A DNA stretch of 64,000 nt. Source: Paraphysomonas bandaiensis (Eukaryota; Protista; Chrysophyceae). The position numbers were made by a program, and so were the translations under genes. Under the pieces are notes generated by a model, which worked only from the letters and a program-made list of their open reading frames with translations, did not search any database and was not told the DNA's origin. How positions within the stretch are numbered: the first letter of the stretch is position 1; each line of letters begins with the position of its first letter. Positions 50,001 to 60,477 of this stretch are shown here, one piece after another. The stretch lies in the NCBI GenBank assembly GCA_965644295.1, contig CBFFRP010000026.1, positions 1-64,000 on the forward strand. The letters run 5' to 3'.

Positions 50001-51968
50001 CGTGCTCTCATGAACATCCAGAAGTATGACGTGTGTGATAGTGCACTGACTTGATGTCTGACTTTGTTTCGTAGATGTGCTGCATTTTGCATGAACGAGA
50101 TTGATTGCAGACGCACGCAAGTGCTAGAGTACTTTGGAGAGGCATTTCCCCCAGAGAAGTGCAGTGGAACGTGTGATAACTGTCGTCGACCCCGCGGTAG
50201 TTATCAATGGGAGGACTTTTCGGAACAGGGTAGGGTTGTACTACGTGTGGTCGCCGCCGTGTGCAATAGCAGTCTCCCGAAAGTAACCCTGAATCTCTTG
50301 CGATCAATACTTGCTAATTCGAAAGAAAAAAAGCTCGAAAGACATCGCGCCTTGTTGCAACAGGCTGGGATGGATTACACCGTTAGGGGGAACGGGAGTG
50401 CTTCTAGCAAGCCCATCAGCAAATATATATGTGAGAGATTGCTCCAAGGTATGGTCTTACAAGGTTTCCTAATGGAAGAATCGCAGGCAAGTAATTATGT
50501 TGTTTGCAATTTGTAGTGAAATGAGCACTGATTGCAGGAAAACTTCAGCAAATTTACGGCGGAATATGTGGGAATTGGGCACCGTGCATCTGAGTTGGAG
50601 AGTGGAAAAGCTTCCTTGCGCATATGTGTCCCAGCGTCTACAACAAAGAACACGGTGACCAATGTTGCAGAGGCTATTATTGAGTCACATGATGACGACG
50701 ATGGGGAATTGTCAGGACAGCTTCTTAGAACTAATGGTATTCAATCCACCAGATCTCGATTGAATGTCGCTGTTCCGAAGGCCACCCCCGCCACTGATAA
50801 GCAGCCGATGCAGACTTATGCTGCTCTAGCTGAGATGATGCCTGTGACTGGTGAGAAGTCTAACCATTCTAACTCCGCTTCTTCGCCGACTCGAGCTGGT
50901 GTCAGGAAAGGGCGACTGGGTTTGAAACAGGCCTCTCAAATTTCCAAGAAGATGAGACCCCAACCAAACATGCGTCCTGCTAGCACTGAACCAACAGATA
51001 GTGATAGTGACTTCGACGATTGGGGTCGTTTGTCAGGCAAGAGACAGACTGTGCATACTAAAGATTGCGTAAATAAACGACCTAGAGTAGAGGAGTCTCC
51101 GACATCATCTAGCCCTCAGCAGTTTATTGATATTTCGTCATCACCTGAACTTCCCTTGTCTCCCGACATATATAGCCATCAGAAGTACCATCAAGACCCT
51201 AAACCGGTGAATACTGCGAAGACGGTAGAAGCAGGGCTACATGACGGCACTTCAATTCTTACGAAAAAGCAACGCAGCAATTTCAGATCGTGGCTTCACA
51301 GCTATCGCAAGCGCTGGAACTGCTACTGGAACCATATGGATAGCCAGGCGGTAGTGGACCTCATCACTCATGTGCCAGTGACTCTGGAAGAGCTCAGGAG
51401 CAAAGTTGTTGGTATGGGTGAGTACAAGATACGGAATGAAGGCAAGCATATTGTAGCCACTATTTGGGCTTTCCTAAAGAGCGAGGGTATTATTCATAAG
51501 TTTCCTTCCCTTTCTGAAGACTCCCCTCCCTACGACATACCAGACTGCCCGACCTGGCGGGACCCGTCATCAGATGCAGCTGATGTTGTGAGGCAACAAC
51601 ATAGCGTGGTACATAATCAGAAGCTGCCAACAGCTGGGCAATCGTCCCTTGATATGCGGCCCGCAGTGAGCCCTGTGGGGAAAGAAGGGCATGACAGTCT
51701 GACTCAAAGTGCTGCAGCATGGCAGAATTACGAGGATACCACCCGTCTGTCAGTGAAAAACAACCAAGCATATCAGTATCACACTAAGTCACCAGCCCTT
51801 GGACTGACTTCCCAACGGAGCCCAAGCAAAAATCAGCAGGTAAAAAGACATCTACAGTGCACAACAAATCCTTACGATGTTTATGGGTCCACTATGCCAT
51901 CAACACAACGCGCGTCTATGAATCAAGCAGATGACGGTGTAGATGACGTTATAGATTATTTGGTGTAG
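47058..51968 (+). CDS. RecQ family helicase (BLM/Sgs1-like) with GRF zinc finger, RQC and HRDC-like domains, multi-exon
   Basis: MQHNLKSQLEWL; CPCG..TSRT..N..RQFYKC..CGFFQW (GRF); MPTGGGKSL, SPLVSLIQDQ, TPE, DE|AH, WGHDFR, LTATA, SFNRPN, ATIAFGMGINKPDVR, YQESGRAGRDG, CRR..CDNC; VPVTLEEL..GMGEYK (HRDC-like). Confidence 0.93.
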
Positions 51969-52239
51969 TAGTAACTGTCGATATCCTTTGTTTTTTGTAC
52001 TCTTTTTATTTTGATGTGGAAGATATGATAGAAGCATGTATTAGTCCTAATTTTAATTTGTACAGAGTCTTTCTACAGTTATATTGTCAAGTTTATGAAT
52101 AGGGTGAGCAATTTGTTGAATAGTTATGTATGTCACATATATCATTCTTTAGTACTACAGCAAGCATTACTGATGAGTAAACTGCAACTGTTACTGTCTA
52201 TATTAAAACACGTAATAAAGTATTGAAGTATATTAGAAG

Positions 52240-53465
52240 TTCACCTTAAGGACTCAAAAATCCTAGTAGTTGATGTCTTACTATTTTAGCAATAGGTATT
52301 TAAGAGTCAATGTTTAACTCTGATGTCCTACAATATAGCGCTATGAAAGCTGCTTGTGTGTCACCGCAAGAGCCAAGGGGCAACCACTTCCGCTTTATTA
52401 ATCAAAGCAAATGCAGTGAGCAAGCAGCAAGCAGAATGCTGATATACCTGACATCTGACATCTGCTAACTTCAGGATTTTGGGCCCTTAAGGTGAACTAG
52501 CCCGAATTTATGACTTCAGTAGCTAAGGTAGTCCAAACCCCGGATGCCCTTGAGGTGGGCCCATTCCCGGATGATGCATGTTTACTCGACAAGGCCCAAA
52601 GACGTCTACACAGACTCTTATTAGTGTCCCTTGTACCACACAAACATTAGGCTATGAGTGGGCAGAACAATATATGCACCACAAAAAGGTGCTAGTCCGA
52701 CTTTGATGAAAAAAGTGGTCCGACGTTGATATGAAAAAAAGTCGTGAGACACAAAAGTCAGCAAATGTCAAGTATCAGGTATATCAACATTATCCCTCGA
52801 TAAAGTCAGACTCTCACCTTCTTATGGTGCGGTAGGGGACAAGTACCGAAGATACTTCTCCGGGAAACTAACATGATCCACATATACTGACAGCAGATAT
52901 TGTTCTGCCCATTCATAGCCTAATACTTGTGTGGTACAAGGGACACTAATAAGTTTCACTTGTGTATAGACGTCTTTGGGATTTGCCGAATAAACAGTCA
53001 TCAGGGAATGGACCCATCTCAAGGGCATTCGGGGTATTAGGCTGCCTACTGAGTCTATGTTACTCGTATTGCTCCATTGGTGTAGTATTTATTGTTTTGA
53101 AATTCAAAATTCTGTGGCTTGACTAAAAATAAGACTTGCAACGAGTGAAGATATAGCAAGAAACAAGTAGTTACGACCATAATACAGAATACAGAATACA
53201 GCGCAGTAACTACTTAAAAGACTATTGAAGCAGATACTATCAAGATATATATTATTGAAGATAGTCGGACTTGCACCTTTCCGTGGTGTTCTGGGCTCCG
53301 GGGAATAAGAACCGGAGATATTTCTTCGGGAAACAAACGTGAGCCGCATATATAGTCAGCACCTCTAGCCAAATGCTTGTGTATACAAGAGACACTGATA
53401 AGGGTCACTTGTATAGACGTCATAGACGCCCTGATGAATAAACAGTCATCCGGGAATGAGCCCAT
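52240..53465. repeat. Cluster of dispersed-repeat A/B copies in both orientations
   Basis: Module A at ~52287-52394 (+); module B at 52485-52708 (+), 52794-53052 (-) and 53263-53465 (-); isolated GTTCACCTTAAGG near 52238. Confidence 0.88.
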
Positions 53466-55305
53466 AACAATTAATATTAGATGCATAGTATACTACAATG
53501 GATGAAGCACACAGTATAATTTCTAGCTACTGACGATATATTAAATGCTGAAAAGTATCAAGTTTTCATGTATATATTCTTTCAGCGCCATGTAAGGTGA
53601 ATAAAGTAAACACCAAGCGTAAACTGAAAATAATAGATCCCATGAAAGAATTGTATCTTTCGTCTCTAGCAAATCAAAAAAGAAGATCATATATGTATGG
53701 TATTATCTTATAATAATATTAATTAAGAGAACTAATAATATGGGATACATTGTTCAATCTACTACAAACGGTTGAAATATCTCCTCTCGATTTTGTGTAA
53801 GTAATAGTAATTTTGCCAATAGTAAGACATTCATCACTGTTTGATTCAGTTGATAACCTTCTTCTCGTTTGTAGAATTTGATTGAAAGGTGCGGGGCTTA
53901 TAAATATTCATATACTATACTAGTTCAAGCTGGTGTATATGTGATGTTTCATAAACACAAATAAGGGAATGTGGTACGAACTCCAATCATGCTATTAATT
54001 TATTAAATATGATACACATTTATCACGGAAAGCAGAAAAATATAATATAATGAACTACATCTGGCCTTCTGGATTAGTACAAAGTACAGAGACCTACCAT
54101 ACAACCCTACACCATACTTGCAATGTGGAGCGGTAACATGTTTCCATTATATTCTACAAAATCTATATATTAAGATCTTTTATTTTAATTTTATTTTGTG
54201 CTACAAACAGGATAACTTTAACATTTTTTTCAACAATATAAAAACTTCCAACGATTGAATATAAAACCAAACAAAACACGCGAGTTAGAATGTCATCTTA
54301 TATAAAATTTACAAACTGAACAATTTCCGGGGAAATTCACTTCTGGAAAGTAACGTGAGATAACTTTGTGTTCGTTGCAGACTAATGCGTGTAGAGACGT
54401 CTCTTACCTTAAAAACTAAAACAGAAATTCCAAACTAGGTTCATCTGAAGGACATCCTTGTATTTTGGGGTGCATGTTAAAGTTAAACATTAGGGACTAG
54501 TTCATCTTTAAAATTCAAGAAACATTGTCAGCGGATGTTAGGTATATCAGTATTTTGCTTTGGGTGATCGATGCCAATATTAGTTCATATTTTTCGGCAT
54601 TTGTGTGACTAATGACCGAAGCAATGTGTGAAACGTTCGAATCAAAATGACAACGCATTTACACCTGCTACACCTTACCACACGTCAACTGCCCAGTCTT
54701 GTTTCTCCTGACTCAGGCTCTGACATTTATAATAAGCCTCAAGTACTATACTCCAGGCAGTGTCTGGTACAGTACATGCTTTGTACTCTTGGCAGCTTTT
54801 TCATCCGAACTGAGGAGGTGCACAGATACCTACTAGTGTAAGTCACTCCGGGTATGAGTTCAATGAAAACGCTTGTGCTAGACGAGTAAAGTGCATATAT
54901 TGGAGTCTGATTGAATAGTTTGCTCGGTGCGTCACCAGTAAGTTCACCAGTAAGTTTGCTTCGTGACCGCTGCTGCGAAGGCCACATTCTTGAAGGGTCC
55001 TGAAGATCTACCACATATAAATGAGCATACGCCTATGAATATGCTGCAATACAACTATACGGAAGTATTTAGTTCCACACACATCTTGTTAGACTATTCT
55101 ACTACACCGCTAGAACAGTTTCGCAATAATACTGACGACTCTGCCTCGCAATACCGACATACTGACCACTACAGCACCACCCCACACCAACTCACTCACT
55201 CACTCGCTATACACTCACCTCATTGTATGCATTTCATAGATATTGTAAAGGTGGTAGAGTGCAGTGGAGATAAACGAGCATGCGCATACCGCATTGAGCA
55301 GCCAA

Positions 55306-56175
55306 TACCATCATCTAGATTACCATCATCTAGATTACCATCATCTAGATTACCATCATCTAGATTACCATCATTTAGATTACCATCATCTAGATTACCA
55401 TCATCTAGATTACCATCATCTAGATTGCCATCATTTAGATTACCATCATCTAGATTACCATCATCTAGATTACCATCATCTAGATTACCATCATCTAGAT
55501 TGCCATCATCTAGATTACCATCATCTAGATTACCATCATCTAGATTACCATCATCTAGATTACCATCATCTAGATTACCATCATCTAGATTACCATCATC
55601 TAGATTACCATCATCTAGATTACCATCATCTAGATTACCATCATTTAGATTACCATCATCTAGATTACCATCATCTAGATTACCATCATCTAGATTACCA
55701 TCATCTAGATTACCATCATCTAGATTACCATCATCTAGATTACCATCATCTAGATTACCATCATCTAGATTACCATCATCTAGATTACCATCATCTAGAT
55801 TACCATCATCTAGATTACCATCATCTAGATTACCATCATCTAGATTACCATCATCTAGATTACCATCATCTAGATTACCATCATCTAGATTACCATCATC
55901 TAGATTACCATCATCTAGATTACCATCATCTAGATTACCATCATCTAGATTACCATCATCTAGATTACCATCATCTAGATTACCATCATCTAGATTACCA
56001 TCATCTAGATTACCATCATCTAGATTACCATCATCTAGATTACCATCATCTAGATTACCATCATCTAGATTACCATCATCTAGATTACCATCATCTAGAT
56101 TACCATCATCTAGATTACCATCATCTAGATTACCATCATCTAGATTACCATCATCTAGATTACCATCATTTAGAT
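55306..56175. repeat. Homogeneous 15-bp tandem array (TACCATCATCTAGAT)x58
   Basis: 870 bp with only a few single-base variants (TTTAGAT, TGCCATC). Confidence 0.98.
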
Positions 56176-56411
56176 CTCAGATCTGCATCATACGCACACG
56201 CCCAGAGACGAGTGCATCGGTCGACGATACGCATCCAGCATATGACACTGCTGTATGAAACAGTCACGGTATACAGCCGTATACAGCTGAGCTGTTGTAC
56301 GTTGCAGAGGTGCATATATATATATATATATATACTGCTGTATATACATACTGCTGTATATTATACAGTATACCGCCGTATACAGAGGCCTTAGAGCAAC
56401 TGACACAACAT

Positions 56412-57281
56412 ATGAGCACAGATCCATCACTATTTCGTAGAATGCTAAGAACTGTTCAGAGTAGACGCGTGCTCATACAGGTTATTTCTCTCGTCATCTT
56501 AGTCGGCGCAGCTGCTGCTCGTCATCCTCTCTGTGACTTGTATGAGAGTCTTGGGCTCGCTTCAAGAGTAGATTCGAATGAACTCGAGGGATGGACATGC
56601 TCAGAGGAAGACATTGGGAACAGCTACTGCGATGGTTGGACAGGAGTTGAATGCTCATCTGGAAGTATTGTTACTTTAGATCTGTCTGATATGAATTTGG
56701 GCGGGACGATTCCGTCGAGCCTCGGCAGCTTGACTTCACTACGTAGACTATACCTCGATAACAACTTGCTATCAGGAACGATTCCTAGTTCTATTACTGC
56801 TTTATCACGACTGCAGTGCCTTCAACTTAGTTTTAACAATATACGTGGTCCCGTACCAAGTGATATTGGAAACCTGGAAAAATTAGATAGACTTTACCTG
56901 TCCCATAACGAACTCACTGGAACCATTCCATCATCCCTTTCTATTCCAAAAAAATTACATCAAGTTGCTATCGATAATAACATGCTCACTGGTGCACTGC
57001 CATCCGAGCTGAGTAAGATGGCCAAACGTGCTACTCTGGATTTCGCCTGGAACAGCTTGAGTGGTGTATTACCGCAGGAGCTATGTAATGCAAAAAGTCT
57101 ATTTGTGTTTGACAACGCAGGCATTATAAATAATTGCGACACATACTGCAGCATTACCGACGAAGCCTGCATTGTTAGCAATGTCCATGCAGGTATGACG
57201 TTTGAATATCTCGTTATTTTACTCACATTCGCTGTAGGTATAGACTATGATGCCTTAGCTCCACCTATAATCTCTATATGA
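56412..57281 (+). CDS. Secreted/surface leucine-rich-repeat protein (plant-type LRRs with N-cap)
   Basis: Hydrophobic signal (VLIQVISLVILVGAAAA), C..W.GV.C N-cap and LxxLxLxxNxLxGxIP repeats. Possible 3' intron at ~57192-57237. Confidence 0.88.
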   Translation: MSTDPSLFRRMLRTVQSRRVLIQVISLVILVGAAAARHPLCDLYESLGLASRVDSNELEGWTCSEEDIGNSYCDGWTGVECSSGSIVTLDLSDMNLGGTIPSSLGSLTSLRRLYLDNNLLSGTIPSSITALSRLQCLQLSFNNIRGPVPSDIGNLEKLDRLYLSHNELTGTIPSSLSIPKKLHQVAIDNNMLTGALPSELSKMAKRATLDFAWNSLSGVLPQELCNAKSLFVFDNAGIINNCDTYCSITDEACIVSNVHAGMTFEYLVILLTFAVGIDYDALAPPIISI

Positions 57282-57657
57282 ATAAGCTACATAACGATGC
57301 TTATAACGTTTCCTGGCATACTATGAGGGCGTATTGCTGTAGACTAGCTGCTACTATGGGATTGACTGTAGTTGATAGTCTCGCATGCTTTTATACTCGC
57401 TGTCTTGATTTTTGATTAGGCCATCAAGAAATGATATTTTTCTCTTTTCTTTAAAGTTATTGAGAAGTGAATGCATACGAAAAGCCGTTGATGAAGTTGA
57501 GTTTCTAGATATAATTCATATATTGTATATGTCATATTTATTGGTTTTGCTTGTAAACCGCATCCAGTCGAAAAACCAAACTTGAATATAATGTTTCTTG
57601 AATTGTGTCAAAATCTAACACACCAATTAGCTTTGTTGGGAACACCTAGCTAGTTAT

Positions 57658-58097
57658 CAGGGCTGCGTATCAATTAATTGTCAATTATTGAAATTGGGAC
57701 AGCAAACCAAAATTGCAATATATAATTGAATCTAGCTTGCTTCAATAAATTGATAAAAAATACCACCAATTTGGCAATGGCAGGTTGTTATAGAACAGCA
57801 TTTTGTGATGAAAAATCCAATTTTTACGACAAAACCCGAAAGTTGGTTGAAGGCAATAAATCTATTGGATTTGGTGGTGCGATAAGTATGGTATCACCTT
57901 CTAATAGAACAGGAAAGTGAACATCAGCTCGATCTCTACCAAGCGTTTGTATATTGTTTGACGAACTCATAACAAGGCACCCGATTGTCGAGCGTCATCT
58001 GGGTGACAATTCTGCTATTATTTATAACACTGCTTTTCGAAAGGCAGTCGTGAAGATTCAAAGTGGCATTGAAGTCTCACCTACCCGGATCGAGTAA
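57658..58097 (+). pseudogene. hAT-like transposase remnant
   Basis: LFDELITRHPIVERHLGDNSAIIYNTAFRKAVVKIQSG (~57950-58070) resembles stramenopile hAT-like transposases as I recall them; CAGGG terminus-like motif at 57658. Confidence 0.55.
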
Positions 58098-60477
58098 CAT
58101 TTAACTAAACGAAAATACGAATGAAAGATTTCGGTAATATAGCGAAAAAACAACTCAAAGTGAAACAATAACAAAAGTAAAAAAGTGTGAAGACAAAATG
58201 AAATACATCCATTAACATGAGTAGAATAACTAAATACATTATTGTCGCGGTGAATATTGCAGTGCAGCGGACATTGGCTCTCCTAGCATTGCACATACAA
58301 CGCGTTTGTGCTAGGATTGATCCCGGAGCCGTCTCTGTTGATAAATGTGCATCACCAGAAAATTCGTCTTGAGAATTATGAGGGGTTCCTTCCTCCAATC
58401 AAAGCCGTCATGTTGTGAATTTTGGTCACCAGCTCATCCAACCTGCGGCTATCTACCTACTTGGTTGACTTCCTGTTCTTCACTGCGCTCCTGGGGTTCA
58501 ACTGCAACCTACTTCCTCATTCTTTAAACAGCTGATGAAAGGATGCAGAATAGTGCTAGAGCGCTCATTTTCACGGTGGTTGAACCAATTAGCTCTGCTG
58601 ATGGTAATGGTGGGCAGCGCTATTGAACAGCAGACAGAACTTCCCTTTCCAGCGAATACGCTTTGTCTCACGGGTACCCTCAACATCTTCTGTAGGCACC
58701 TGCCGTTCTTCAGAAGTGATACCATGCACATTTTTAGCCGCTGTTGATCGACCACATCGCACATACGTTGAAGAAGTTTCGATCGAATTTTCATATTTTT
58801 GGGTTCAACGGCAGGACTGAGATCAATAGCAGCCAATCAGACTACAGAAGGCCAAGTCATTGTTTTCTTAAAGACGTTGATAGTACAGATCTTATGAAAT
58901 GAGTCATTAACAAAAATCTGTTAACCTGCTGACATGACTGTGTTGAATCGGGCAGCGGTGAGCCTCTCGAGAGTATTTCTGAACCCTAAACTTGAGAATG
59001 TTTTCCTGGGTTGCTGAGGTTGCTATTCCCTCTAGCAAAGAGGCCTGATATACACCCATATAATATACGCACTGTATGCTCTTCATTTGTGTACTTCGAT
59101 GCGCAGAGTGAGGAGACACTTTCGAATGGCTTCAAATAGAGCCCTTAGCATTGTGGGCCCTCCTCTGTCGATGGTGTGGGGTGCCGCTAGAGACAGCTTC
59201 AAATACTTCTCCAATTAGTAGGGTGTGGCTCTGAGGATTCGGTTGCATTCCATGCATGTTTCCAGTGTTACAACTTCACGATAAGCAGGATGATCTTCTT
59301 CTCTGTGCAGCAGCAGCAGCAGCAGCAGTATGTTTATGTTGATGTTTATCATATTCTTATTTTTCCGAAAAAAATCTAGTTTTTCTAAACGGTCGAAACT
59401 ATGTAAAATTGTGTAAATTACGTATTATTAGAGTATGTATTTTGTATATACGGTTGCTGGTATACTGGCAGGAGTGTGTTAGATGTGAGGGTCATGTGAC
59501 CATAAATAGACACACAGACAGTCTATTGTGGGGTGAAATTATGACCCAACCTGCAGATTAAAACAAAGGACGATTGATGGAGTCGTTAATGGACTGACTT
59601 GACTTCACTGTACCGCAAGCTTCATGCTGTGCAAGACCAGTACGATGACTTTTAACCGCTTGAGACAACTGCTTCATGTGTGTGGTTATTGCCTTAAGAA
59701 GAGACAGTGAAGTGGAAGAGGACCCTTACAAGAGGATAAAATACTGCTTGAGTCGTTATTTTGCAGAAGGTATGCTCAGTGTGCATCCTGTGAAGTTCTC
59801 CCGATAATTCAAGGATTCAAGTAATGTGACCGTTAGCATCTTCAATATCCATCAATGGGGGACAGCGTTCATATTAGTATTATCAATGCATGCAATTAAT
59901 AGAAAAAATATTTTGGGTAAATTATTTCCTATATATACACCTCTGTATCAGCATCGTGCTCCAGAAGTTGTCTCGGTGTAAGATCGGTACTTCTTATATA
60001 CCACATACCGCAGAGTGACTGCTGTGTAAGTGTTCTGGATTGAGAGTAATGCTCTTAGGGTGTAATGCGCAGGTAACCAACTCTGGCCAACGGTGGTGCC
60101 CCATCCAGAACTATACTTCCAGCGACTCGCCAGGTATTGTGGATAAACAAGATTACACGTCACCTCATGATAATAAACTTCTGACAAACAAAACTGCTGC
60201 GACTTCTCTGGAAATTATCCTTCTTGATGAGTATTATGTATATTACGTACTGGCGGTAATGCATACCGTACAACTGACAATGCACAACTGTATATCGATT
60301 GTTGCACAAATCACACAGACAGTATGTATATATATAATATCGATTACACGAATCACACTGACAGTATGTATATATCAGTTGTTATTATATTTAAATACTT
60401 CCGGTATTAATGTCATAAGACAGCGAATACTAAAAACCTTATTCTTTACTTATAATATATATCACTTCCGAATACAG

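Noticed and set aside
54963-56394. 431-aa (LPSSR)n and 376-aa (YHHLD)n ORFs as genuine genes
   Set aside because: Openness follows automatically from a stop-free 15-bp unit. Both ORFs are called from GTG starts and the flanks show no recognisable domain. Kept only as a hypothesis.
58290-60250. Additional genes of the recombinase element
   Set aside because: Coding-like composition but many stops and no recognisable motif.
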